DNA of 60,743 bases, counting the filler, from Nemertoderma westbladi (Eukaryota > Animalia > Xenacoelomorpha): assembly GCA_032718475.1 (NCBI GenBank). It is 3 parts of 3 records of this genome, joined end to end, with 100 filler letters (N's around TTAATTAATTAA, not from the genome) between each part and the next. Parts side by side here need not be neighbours in the genome. Positions count along the whole stretch, not along the records: positions 21,937 to 50,731 come from JAUCBJ010002222.1; positions 50,832 to 60,743 come from JAUCBJ010000734.1; 1 more part is not named here. One strand, written 5' to 3'. Both the position numbers and the translations under genes were made by a program. The notes beneath the pieces were generated by a model. That model was not told the DNA's origin. It searched no databases and saw only the letters and a program-made list of their open reading frames with translations. This document shows positions 46,841-59,400 of this stretch, one piece after another (the stretch's first letter is position 1; the number at the start of each line of letters is the position of its first letter).

Positions 46841-49660
46841 GACCATTCTTAATTTTTTGCAAAAAAAATTATTTTTATTTTTTCACTAAAATCGCTCTAA
46901 CTTCGGTTCTGGTGGTCCAAATTCAATAAAATTGGTATATTCTTTGCCGTAATTTTTTTCTTAATCTTTTGAGAAGGGGTTATTTTTGGCCCCAAAAAAA
47001 TTAAAAAAAAGGGCCAAAATAACGCGATATTTTTCGACCCTTAAAATTCGTAATTTTAATTATATATGTTAAGATAAAAGATAGCGGAGTTAATTTGATA
47101 CTTTTTACAGGTACTTTTGGCGCAATACGCTAAATTATAATGGAATAGCGATTTGTTAAAAAAAAAATTTGTCGTCCCTTTTTATAAATATTATATTTCA
47201 CACGATCGCCTGCCGCTCCAGTTTTATAATACCTCCGGCGCTGTGATTAACGCTGTTAGATAGATAATTTAACGCACTATAAGTCTGTGTAAACAAATCT
47301 CCCGTAAGTTAAGTAGTTTTCGAGCTAGACGATTTCCCGCGAAGCAAGTTTGAAGCGCGAAATTATAATTTTGGCCCTCATTTTTTTAATATCATCCTTG
47401 GAGCAAAACCGATAGCATATTTGAATTCCCCGTATGGATATTGACTGTATAGAATGTACCTTAACCAACTAAAGTTAAAAATAAAAAATTATTCGATAAA
47501 AACTACTTTACAAATTCTGGCCCTTTTTGGCCCCTATTGCCGACATATTTTTTGTTCGAATTAAACATTTCGGAAATAAGTTTTCCAAAAAAGACGGACA
47601 AAAACGTACAAATTTACAGCCCCTTTTTCCACCCGAAATTTTAATAAATATCTTACCCCCATTCGATACGAAGGTAGTACCACTCTTCTCCTTTCCAACC
47701 GCGTTACTTTCGTCCCCGTACGATTAATATTAGCCGAGTTATAGCGGATCCCGCAAAGTCATTTTGTCCGTTTTTTCAACTTTGACGGACATTTTCGGAA
47801 AAAAGGCGTGGTAATCTTTTTTGAAAAAAAAAACTAATTCACTAATTAATCCCTTCTATCGTATCCCGGCGTCGGCTAAGCAATAACCTAGGGTTTTTTC
47901 GAGCCACTGTAGAGCGCCTTTCAAAAAATTTTTAAAATTGTCGAAAAAATGACGGATTTTTGACCGCCGTGTCCGTCGAAGGGTTAGATTTAATAATGTT
48001 AGAGTTGCTAATATCTTAGAATTCCGAGCCGCTCCCCTGGTGAGAAAATAAAAAAATTTGGTCTGTTCCTTCATCGAAAAGTCCCCCAGAATCCCAAGTT
48101 AACCTATATAGTTAGCGATGGCCTGCGGCTTTAGGAGCGGCCGCGGTATTCACCTCCCTCATAGCGGCCGCGGCGGTGTTGCGTCAAATGGAGAAATATT
48201 TATCCCACCAAAGTGTTGTATCGGTTTGTTTTAGTTTCTCAAGTAGTTGGTTCTCCTCATGTGTTGTTCTCTTTTGCTTTATCAATTGCTTATATTCTGA
48301 CTGTAACTACCAAAATCGACTTTTATCATTATCAGAGGTATCACTTTGTAGGTTGTGTAGGCTGGTTAATAGTTCTCGTTTTGTAGCTTTGCATTCATCA
48401 TGAAACCAGGTCTGGTGGTTAGTGAGTTTGTGCTGTTTCTTTTGTGCAGATTCATTGATGATTACATGGTTAATAAAATGAAGAACCTTTTTACATTTAT
48501 GTTTTCTCTTCTTAGCATTGAAGCTATCCCTGTTTTAGGCCAGATAGCTTGGAAACAATACGCAATGACGCTACGTCATAATTACAGATACCAAAACCCA
48601 TGACTTGGCCTCAGTCGTCACACTTGCCGCTTTACATTCCAGATGAACGATCCCGAAAGGGGTCGCGGAGGGCGGGTGGACACGTTCAGGGTCGGATGAC
48701 TTGACTGGGTTGGACTTGGACTGTCCTGAGTGGTCCTTGTCGCCTGCGTGATTATGAGTCTGAAAGAGATTCGGAAGTGTTGGCAGCAGTTGGCTTGCAG
48801 GGAACTGACAGATTCCTGAGTCAAGCCGCTTTGAATTCCTGATGACCGATTCCAAAATGGATTTGGAAGGGCGAGTAGACACGCATAGGGTATATCAACT
48901 GAGTGGTCTCGTGCTGCAACACGTGGCTATGAGCCTGAAAATGACTCAGAAAGCGCTGGTAGTAGCGTGGACCGCTCTGGACACGACGGACAGGCAGACA
49001 CTGACCAGTGACCAGACATGGGTATCAAAATTAGATAGAGTAGGGCAAAATCCAACAAAGTAAAGTAATCTGTCGCATAAAGTAAAATACTCATCCTATC
49101 ATATTGTATAGTAGGTTTATAAATGTGTTATCTATAAATTTGTGAATATTTGGGGTATTATTATTATACACTTGTGGGGAGGCCCACAAGTTCTGTCTCA
49201 GATCATATAAGATAACTGCAGAGGAATAAACTGATTTCCAACCAATGCTGGTGTTTTCTTTATGATTTGCATTACCTTTACGTCTCCCTACTGCAAATAA
49301 TCCAGCGACTAGTTTTGGGAATTTTGTGGTTTAACCATCAACTTACATCGCGCATCTGCGTCCATTCACACACATGCTGGTTGAGGTTTGACGGCAACAT
49401 ACAGTATTAAAAACATTCAGAATGCCTGTAGTTTTCTCTAGCTCTACGCCTGCCCTGCATGTTTGTCAGGCTGCCGCTGTCTGTTGTTTACAAGGCTGCG
49501 TGGTAACCACCAAAAAACAAATGTTACTCTATTTGCTTAACTACATAAAAAAATTAGTTTGGTTTTGTTTTTGGAGATATTGTTTAAAAATACATTATTG
49601 CTTCTTAAAGCTGTATCTTTCGTCATTCGGTGTAAAGTTTATAATTATTTTATAACTTAC

Positions 49661-49815
49661 TATTCCAATTGCCTCCGCCCCCATTGTGTGATAGTATGGC
49701 AGGACATTGACGTGTCTGCCAGTCGCATGAGGGATCATTACAACCCGTAATCACAAACCAACCGTAGTCTGCTCCGCAACCAGCGTATCCTCCATTAATA
49801 AACCAATGACGTCCC
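49661..49815 (-). CDS. Putative internal exon of an uncharacterised Cys-rich protein
   Basis: tatttag|G...AATA|gtaagt, 155 nt, open frame GRHWFINGGYAGCGADYGWFVITGCNDPSCDWQTRQCPAILSHNGGGGNWN. Confidence 0.5.
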
Positions 49816-50731
49816 CTAAATAGAATTGAATACAATAGATTTATAAGCCGGTAAGGGTAGCAACAGGTGAATGACATTGCAGATCATTGCGTGATCATAA
49901 TCCGATGCTGCAAATTCGCAAAAGCGACAACTGCATGTAGGATCTGGCCGCCAGCATTTTACATCATTGCACAAGTTGTGGTGGTAGGCATTCGAAAGTA
50001 ACAGACTGGCCGGCCACACGACGACATTATTGGTGAGATAAACAGTTAGGTTAAAAGTGGAGCTATCTGGATAATCCACCGCTTGCTTGATCCTCACACA
50101 TAGGTAATGGGAGTTTAATTAATTAAGGTATGTCTTTTAACTAGTTAATAAACCAATGAACTTGTGAATCAAAGTGTGTTAAATGTTCCTTAGCTTCGCG
50201 GTTGCATTTCCTTTATGAAATGTCTTTCTATTAAGGCAAGGAGGATGCAACAATTTCTCCATAACATCCTCAATAACTCCTCAACTATATTCAATTATTT
50301 ACTACCACAGCAGAAGCCAGGTTTACATTATTGCACCGCTTGATTTGTGTAATAAGCACTAATGTTTAAAGTGCTCACTGAAACAACAATGCGGCATGTA
50401 TACAGGTTGTAGTCGGATATCGTACAATTTGCTAGGTAGGTAGGAAAATCGATTACTTTCGCCAAGAAAGATTTTTTAGCTGACATGGTTTTCTCATAGT
50501 GGGCCCTTTTCATTATGTGGAGCGGATGTGGCCCTTTTTTATCGCCACCAAAACTAGCCTTTTAAAGTAACCTTATATTTTGCATGTATATAAATATAGT
50601 ACTCACCAACTCATCAACTTTTGGCCTGGGTATCTCTACCTGGGAAAAATCTGGCTTCCATTGCAGTGGAGTTAGAAAAAAGTCTATGTAATTCAAGACA
50701 AAATTTCTAAATCTATTTCTCAACTCAACAT

Positions 50732-50831
50732 NNNNNNNNNNNNNNNNNNNNNNNNNNNNNNNNNNNNNNNNNNNNTTAATTAATTAANNNNNNNNNNNNN
50801 NNNNNNNNNNNNNNNNNNNNNNNNNNNNNNN
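50732..50831. other. Assembly gap with artificial TTAATTAATTAA linker
   Basis: N44-TTAATTAATTAA-N44. Confidence 0.97.
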
Positions 50832-50885
50832 AGAAGACATCCTAATTTGGCGGGTTAAACTGCCAAAGGTCTGAAAGCGCGAACA
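50832..50885 (+). mobile_element. Terminal 54 bp of LTR family 2
   Basis: Matches about 354-407. Confidence 0.8.
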
Positions 50886-51194
50886 GATTGGTTATGGTTA
50901 GGTATTAAAATAAGCATTAAATAATAATAATAAATAAATAATAATAATAATAATAATAAATAATAATAAACATATAGAGCACTACTGTAATAATAGAGAT
51001 TATCATTAATTCTCGCTTTTTGTTTACACATTGTTGGGGCAACAAACCGTATTATATCCGTATAATCCTGAGTTTTTGAGGTAATATACTCGAAACATGA
51101 ATTTATTCAAGATTGTGGGAAATATTATGAGAATATACTAGCTAGTAATCGATTGTACTGAAAAACTATATATTTAAAGCGCAGCTGACATGAC

Positions 51195-53468
51195 ATGGTC
51201 GCTCTGGCAATAGAAAATAACATCGACATCATCTGCATCCAAGAACATCGGATTTGTCATGAAGACACTGCCATGAAGTACAATGACATTGGAAATGGAT
51301 GGACGTTAGTAACAAGCTCAGCAGTAAGAAACTCGGCCAATGCATCAATTGGTGGGGTAGGAATTCTGCTAAGTCCATTTGCACTTAAGACCCTAAACAA
51401 CATCAAATCTATAAATTCCAGGGTTATGATCGCATCATTTGATGGGAATCCAAAAGCAACAGTTATATTTTTGCTCCAGTCCAACCAATGCCTCAGAGCC
51501 AGAACAAGCAGTAAAGTTTTATGAAGAACTGACTGGACTTATAAAGGACATTCCGAAACACAATGTTAAAGTCATTGCTGGTGACCTGAATGCGCAAATT
51601 GGCCCAGAAGACATCAAGGGTTACACACCTATAACACCAGTTCTAACAGAAATGGGTACTTACTTTTAGACCTAATGGAAGAATGTGAATTGATACCAAA
51701 AAACAACACATTCGAAAAGAGTAAGGGGATGCTATGGACCTTTCAATGCCCTAATGGAACCAAAGCACAACTGGATTACATCCTTATAAACAAAAAGTGG
51801 AGAAACAGCATGATCAACTGCGAGGCATACAGCTCGTTCGACCTAATTGGTTCGGACCACAGAATTGTGACTGCAGAGATCAGACTCAGTTTGAGAGCCA
51901 GCAAACCCAGGACAAGCAAGCAAATCAACTATGACTGGGAGAAACTAAGAAGTGACAATGCTGTAGAGGATGCTTACACAGTAGAAGTTCAAAACCGCTT
52001 TGAAGCACTTCAGGCAATGGATGTAGACCAATCCACCGATTCAATATACCAGAATATAATAACAGCCCACAAGGAATCAGCTAAGAGGCATATCCCCCAT
52101 AAACCCAAACGAAAACAGTATGTGCCATGGCAAAACTCTGAGGTTACTTGTAAAAGAGAATATCTTAAGATAGCCTACAAAGTTAAAACCGAACAACCAA
52201 CAACCGAAAACATTAACAAGGTTGAGAAAGCTAAGGACGATCTTAAATTGGCCTACAACATCAGCCAGGAAGAGTACATACAGGATAAAATTGAAGCAAT
52301 TACAACTGCTCACATAAAACAATAATCAAGACTTACCTGGCAAACTGTAAATGAGGTATCTGGTCGGAAAAGTTGTGCAACGGGGCGCCTAAAAGCCGAT
52401 AGTCCTGAAGAACGTGTTGGGAAGTGGAAAAATCACTTCAGCAACTTGCTTGGGCAGCCACCAAACATCGAGGTCAGCCCTACAAAGAAAATATATGACA
52501 AGACACTACCTATAGAAACAGGGGAGTTCACACCTGCCGAACTCCAAAGAATCATTAAAAGCATGGCCAATAATAAAGCGAGTGGATTAGATGAAATCCC
52601 AGCGGAGGTATGGAAAACCGGAGTGCTAAACAGACCATTATTGAATGTTTGCAACCGGATGTTAAAAGGGGAAAAGTCACCACCAATTTGGACTAAAGGT
52701 CAACTAAAGCCTCTCCCCAAGAAAGAAGACCTCGGCATACCAACAAACTATCGTGGGATCTGTCTGCTTGTGGTAGCTGCCAAAATATACAATAAAATGA
52801 TTCTATATAGGATTAGGCCTCACATAGAGAAACTACTGCGTAGCGTAAGAGCTAAAACGGATTTCGACCAAGTAGATCAACAATAGCTCAGATACTTGCA
52901 ATACGGAGACTGATTGAAGGAATTAAGTCAAATAATCTCCCCGCAGTCATGACTTTTGTGGACTTCAAGAAGGCATTCGACTCCATCCATAGAAGTAAAA
53001 TGCTTGAAATCTTAAGAGCTTATGGAATACCAGAAGTAATTGTTTCTGGCATTGGATTGTTATATTGTGACACAGAAGCGCAGGTACTCTCACCAGATGG
53101 TGAAACTGAGTTTTTCTCAATCCTGGCTGGCGTACTGCAAGGTGACACATTAGCACCATTACTATTTGTAATTGTGCTGGATTATGCAATGAGGACGGCC
53201 ACAAAGGGTGAAGATCTGGGATTCACACTTCAAGAACGCAGAAGTAGTAGATATCCAGCAACTACAGTCACAGACACCGACTTTGCGGATGACATCGCCC
53301 TGCTCTCTAATACGCTAGCAGATGCATAGCTTCTACTAAATAAAGTGGAGAGGGCTGCTAAGGAGGTTGGATTGCATATAAATGCTACCAAGACCGAATT
53401 CATGACCTTTAATGTTGATGGAAACTTGACAACCATTGATAATAATCAACTAAGGAAGGTCGACGACG
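51195..53468 (+). mobile_element. RTE-clade LINE (family B), APE endonuclease plus RT, disrupted and truncated at both ends
   Basis: IDIICIQEHR, GVG, AGDLNAQIG, QLDYIL, GSDHRIV; NYRGICLL, FVDFKKAFDSI, GVLQGDTLAP, DFADD. Several frameshifts and stops. Confidence 0.92.
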
Positions 53469-53470
53469 GA

Positions 53471-54213
53471 TTTTTTTGTAGTAGATAGTTTTTGCTACTT
53501 TCTTTTTTTTAATGTTCTATGTGATGTTAGCTATAGTTTTACAAAAAAACATGTTCTAGAACAAATCTTTTTTGTTCTAGAACATTTTTTCTAAAAATGT
53601 ATAATTCGTAATATTACACCTTAAAATGTTAATCTGTTGCCTTTAAATACTTCAAAATATTATTCTATAATGTTTTTTAATGTTTACAGTAGTAGGTTCA
53701 CTTTAACTGTTTTCATTAAATAAAATGCCACGTCACGAAAACAAAAAGTGCTTTAAAGATCCAAATATTATTGAGATTTCCAAATAATGGAATAAAAGAA
53801 AACTATATAATTTTGAAAAACATTTTTTTTTATAATAGCTAACTTGGAAAATCACTAGCTAGCCTTATAATTTGTATTTTTTTCAAAAAATGTTAAAAGT
53901 TTATAGATAAATAAACTATTTATTACACATAATTACTAATTTTTAAGAAATTTTTTTCATTTAATTTTTTTTTAAATAATAGCTAATTTGGATAATCACT
54001 AGCTAGCCTGATAATCTGTATTTTTTAATGTTTATAGATAAATAAAAAATTTATTACACATAATAATAAATTTTTAATAATTTTTTTTTATATAAAAATG
54101 TTCTAGAACAAAAAATATTTGTTCTAGATCATAATTTTTTTACCTAACAATAGCTAACATTAAATAGAATAGTTCGAAAAAAAAGTAGCAAAAACTAGTT
54201 ATAGTAAAAAAAA
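53471..54213. mobile_element. AT-rich foldback/MITE with imperfect inverted arms of about 130 bp and an internal duplication
   Basis: TAGTTTTTGCTACTTT...TGTTAGCTAT...TGTTCTAGAACA vs TGTTCTAGAACA...ATAGCTAACA...AAAGTAGCAAAAACTA. Abuts the RTE break point. Confidence 0.55.
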
Positions 54214-54717
54214 ATATGGTCATAGGTACACATACTGTAGTAGTGCCTCGTAAAAATGCGAAATTAAAATCATATTTGAAAAGAAATTGAGATGCATTAC
54301 TGTATGCCAAAAAAAAGAATTATTTTCAAAAATTATTGTTGCTTTTTACTGTAGCCGGAGAGAGGCGAACTTGTAGTATTGGAGGCGGTCAACAATGGTT
54401 ATAATATAACCTCCCGTATTGTCTATGTAAGGGGCTTTTTGAGTCGAAACTATAAAGATGAAAGTTTGTAATAATATGATATGTGGAAACAAAACGACAG
54501 TGGGTGTTGTTGAGCATCGAACATAATTACAAACTAATTGATTTATTGTGTTAATAAATACTAAGTAGTGTACAGCAAAATTCTGCGCATGAAAGTAAAT
54601 AATTTCTTACCCACCCTCGGCAAAAACTAATTATTGTCTGTTCGAGAACGGAATATACATACAATATTGCAATGTAGCAAATACGGCTATAATACCTTAA
54701 GCATACCTTCAGCAAAT

Positions 54718-56286
54718 CAGTGCCGGATTAAGCCTCTGGTGGCCCTAAGGCACATTTTAGTAATTTTCAAAAATGGCCCGAAAATTGATATTTTTCCGCA
54801 AACCCTTTCAAAAGAAAAAGCTGCTAAAAACAACTGAAATTGTGAAAATGTTGTGAAGGAAATATAAAGTATTTTCGTTGGATGACTGTGTGCAAATAAG
54901 TACTTTAATAATAAGTACTTTGAAAAAATAGTTTTAATCAAACATTACGCCTACTAAGCGGCTTATGCCTATAAAACCTTTGCTATAAAAAGTGTAATGA
55001 TTTTGGTAGAATTTCTCTAGCTTTAATTTTTAATATATTAATGGGACCATTACCCCAATTATCTTTGTTTTATATATAAAGCTACTACTCTGAAACTTTA
55101 ACACAATGATCTGTGATCTTTTATATACTATAAAAAATGAGTATAGATAGCTTCATAAACCGTTTGTTCGAAAAATATGGCACTTTTTGAGCAGGTCGGT
55201 TTTATTTTAAAATTATATGAATTTTGAGGTATTTATATGTAAATAATAAACTGTATGTCCGGGCTATATTTTTGGAATCAAACATTTTGTGATAGACAAA
55301 GGGTAGCTGTTACAAAATCTGTTCTAGAAGATCCAAATTGCCATATTTTACAAAACCAATACTCAGGATTGTACCCCTAAAGCTGCTGAACATTTTGGTA
55401 TAGGTTTGATGGCAATTGAGTAAAAAATAAAATAGTAGTTTTAGGGAATTTAGTGATAAAAAAAGTCAACAAAAAAAACATTAGAATTATAGCGATTTAC
55501 GTCACAAAAATTTACACCTTAGTATTTTGATAATATCTCCGGAAGTTCTTGGTGAAATTTTCAACGGGTTTCAGATGAAGATGAAGGCGGTTCTAATGAT
55601 ATCTAGATTTCATTCCAAAGACGAAAAATAAAGCTGACGGAGGTGGCTAAATATTGCGAAATAGAGTATTTTTAACGGCTTGTTGTATCGAAATAGCTCA
55701 TAAATTAAAAATCCGGCCAGGCCAGCAGTAAGAAAAGGTATCGATCTATCATCATACCAAATTTCGCAGCATTTTATTGAAATTTGAAAAAAATTAGGGG
55801 GGGGGGGGCTCCGACCCCCTAAAAATGGTTGTTGTGGTGTTCTATGTATGTATACTATTTATTTCCAGTATGTCACCACGTCGTTATTTGGTTGTTCTAG
55901 AAAGTTTAAGAGCATAACTACAAATAATTCCCCACAAATAAATAAAATTAAATTCTCCATTGTTCATAATTAGCACTTTAAAGTTTTACTACATGTCTTA
56001 TTATTTCCCTGCCATCAGGTCTCGAACTAAACACAGCACCTGTCGGTCGACTGACTGAGCTAGAATTTTGCACTTTATACAGTATCACAAATGTAGGAAT
56101 AGAAAGTAGTCGAAAAATGCACTTTCTTGCTCTGTTTTCTACAAATTTTAGTGAGAAAAAATGTGGACTTTTCAGATAAAATATTTCTTTTCACAGGAAT
56201 GACTCACTGAGAAAAAATGGGCTGTATTTTCGGCTGGCCCTAAGGCACGTACGTGCCTTATATGCCTTGGGGTTAATCCGGCAATG
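54718..56286 (+). mobile_element. hAT-type MITE
   Basis: TIR CAGTGCCGGATTAA ... TTAATCCGGCAATG; 8-bp TSD CAGCAAAT/CTGCAAAT (7 of 8 match). Confidence 0.8.
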
Positions 56287-56424
56287 CTGCAAATAAATAA
56301 TGTACAGGGCCTATAACTACTTCGACCTACGGCCTCAGTAGTTATACAGATTAATTGGCAAGATTACAGATTTGGTATTATATTGAAGAATAAACGTCCT
56401 GCTGGTCACCGTTATAACTTATAA

Positions 56425-59400
56425 CGTTTATTCGAGTGTATATCGTGGTGGACGGGGGGGGGGGGGGGCGTTTATTCGAGTGTATGTCGTGGGGGACGGG
56501 GGGCGTTTATTCGAGTGTATGTCGTGGGGGACGGGGTGCGTTTATTCGAGTGTATATCGTGGGGGACGGGGGGCGTTTATTCGAGTGTATGTCGTGGGGG
56601 GCGGGGGGCGTTTATTCGAGTGTATATCGTGGTGGACGGGGGGGGGGGGCGTTTATTCGAGTGTATGTCGTGGGGGACGGGGGGCGTTTATTCGAGTGTA
56701 TGTCGTGGGGGACGGGGTGCGTTTATTCGAGTGTATATCGTGGGGGACGGGGGGCGTTTATTCGAGTGTATGTCGTGGGGGGCGGGGGGCGTTTATTCGA
56801 GTGTATATCGTGGTGGACGGGGGGTGTTTATTCGAGTGTATATCGTGGGGGACGGGGTGCGTTTATTCGAGTGTATGTCGTGGGGGACGGGGGCGTTTAT
56901 TCGAGTGTATGTCGTGGGGGGCGGGGGGCGTTTATTCGAGTGTATATCGTGGGGGGCGGGGGGCGTTTATTCGAGTGTATGTCGTGGTCGACGGGGGGCG
57001 TTTATTCGAGTGTATGTCGTGGGGGACGGGGTGCGTTTATTCGAGTGTATGTCGTGGGGGACGGGGGACGTTTATTCGAGTGTATGTCGTGGGGGACGGG
57101 GGGCGTTTATTCGAGTGTATGTCGTGGGGGACGGGGGGCGTTTATTCGAGTGTATATCGTGGGGGACGGGGGGCGTTTATTCGAGTGTATATCGTGGGGG
57201 GCGGGGGGCGTTTATTCGAGTGTATGTCGTGGGGGGCGGGGGGCGTTTATTCGAGTGTATGTCGTGGGGGACGGGGGGCGTTTATTCGAGTGTATGTCGT
57301 GGGGGACGGGGGACGTTTATTCGAGTGTATGTCGTGGGGGACGGGGGGCGTTTATTCGAGTGTATGTCGTGGGGGACGGGGGCGTTTATTCGAGTGTATG
57401 TCGTGGGGGACGGGGGGCGTTTATTCGAGTGTATATCGTGGGGGACGGGGGGCGTTTATTCGAGTGTATGTCGTGGGGGACGGGGGACGTTTATTCGAGT
57501 GTATGTCGTGGGGGACGGGGGGCGTTTATTCGAGTGTATGTCGTGGGGGACGGGGGCGTTTATTCGAGTGTATGTCGTGGGGGACGGGGGGCGTTTATTC
57601 GAGTGTATATCGTGGGGGGCGGGGGGCGTTTATTCGAGTGTATGTCGTGGTCGACGGGGGGCGTTTATTCGAGTGTATGTCGTGGGGGACGGGGTGCGTT
57701 TATTCGAGTGTATGTCGTGGGGGACGGGGGACGTTTATTCGAGTGTATGTCGTGGGGGACGGGGGGCGTTTATTCGAGTGTATGTCGTGGGGGACGGGGG
57801 GCGTTTATTCGAGTGTATATCGTGGGGGACGGGGGGCGTTTATTCGAGTGTATATCGTGGGGGGCGGGGGGCGTTTATTCGAGTGTATGTCGTGGGGGAC
57901 GGGGTGCGTTTATTCGAGTGTATGTCGTGGGGGACGGGGGACGTTTATTCGAGTGTATATCGTGGGGGACGGGGTGCGTTTATTCGAGTGTATATCGTGG
58001 GGGGCGGGGGGCGTTTATTCGAGTGTATGTCGTGGGGGACGGGGGGCGTTTATTCGAGTGTATGTCGTGGGGGACGGGGGGCGTTTATTCGAGTGTATGT
58101 CGTGGGGGACGGGGTGCGTTTATTCGAGTGTATGTCGTGGGGGACGGGGGGCGTTTATTCGAGTGTATATCGTGGGGGGTTTATTCGAGTGTATATCGTG
58201 GGGGACGGGGTGCGTTTATTCGAGTGTATGTCGTGGGGGACGGGGGGCGTTTATTCGAGTGTATATCGTGGGGGCGGGGGGCGTTTATTCAAGTGTATGT
58301 CGTGGGGGACGGGGGACGTTTATTCGAGTGTATGTCGTGGGGGACGGGGGGCGTTTATTCGAGTGTATGTCGTGGGGGACGGGGTGCGTTTATTCGAGTG
58401 TATGTCGTGGGGGACGGGGGGGCGTTTATTCGAGTGTATATCGTGGGGGGCGGGGGGTGTTTATTCGAGTGTATATCGTGGGGGACGGGGTGCGTTTATT
58501 CGAGTGTATGTCGTGGGGGACGGGGGGCGTTTATTCGAGTGTATATCGTGGGGGGCGGGGGGCGTTTATTCGAGTGTATGTCGTGGGGGACGGGGTGCGT
58601 TTATTCGAGTGTATGTCGTGGGGGACGGGGGACGTTTATTCGAGTGTATGTCGTGGGGGACGGGGGGCGTTTATTCGAGTGTATGTCGTGGGGGACGGGG
58701 GACGTTTATTCGAGTGTATGTCGTGGGGGACGGGGGGCGTTTATTCGAGTGTATGTCGTGGGGGACGGGGGGCGTTTATTCGAGTGTATATCGTGGGGGG
58801 CGGGGGGCGTTTATTCGAGTGTATGTCGTGGGGGACGGGGTGCGTTTATTCGAGTGTATGTCGTGGGGGACGGGGGACGTTTATTCGAGTGTATGTCGTG
58901 GGGGACGGGGGGCGTTTATTCGAGTGTATGTCGTGGGGGACGGGGTGCGTTTATTCGAGTGTATGTCGTGGGGGACGGGGGGCGTTTATTCGAGTGTATA
59001 TCGTGGGGGGCGGGGGGTGTTTATTCGAGTGTATATCGTGGGGGACGGGGTGCGTTTATTCGAGTGTATGTCGTGGGGGACGGGGGGCGTTTATTCGAGT
59101 GTATGTCGTGGGGGACGGGGGGCGTTTATTCGAGTGTATGTCGTGGGGGACGGGGTGCGTTTATTCGAGTGTATGTCGTGGGGGACGGGGGGCGTTTATT
59201 CGAGTGTATATCGTGGGGGGCGGGGGGCGTTTATTCGAGTGTATGTCGTGGGGGACGGGGTGCGTTTATTCGAGTGTATGTCGTGGGGGACGGGGTGCGT
59301 TTATTCGAGTGTATGTCGTGGGGGACGGGGGGCGTTTATTCGAGTGTATGTCGTGGGGGACGGGGTGCGTTTATTCGAGTGTATGTCGTGGGGGACGGGG

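Noticed and set aside
48138-48210. HDV-like ribozyme fold around two GCGGCCGC sites
   Set aside because: P1 and an L3-like CCCTCAT are present, but P3 is only 2 bp, P2 is weak and the catalytic C is missing.
48177-49372. Possible solo LTR (TGTTG...CACA, AATAAA near 49225)
   Set aside because: No second copy or TSD to define it.
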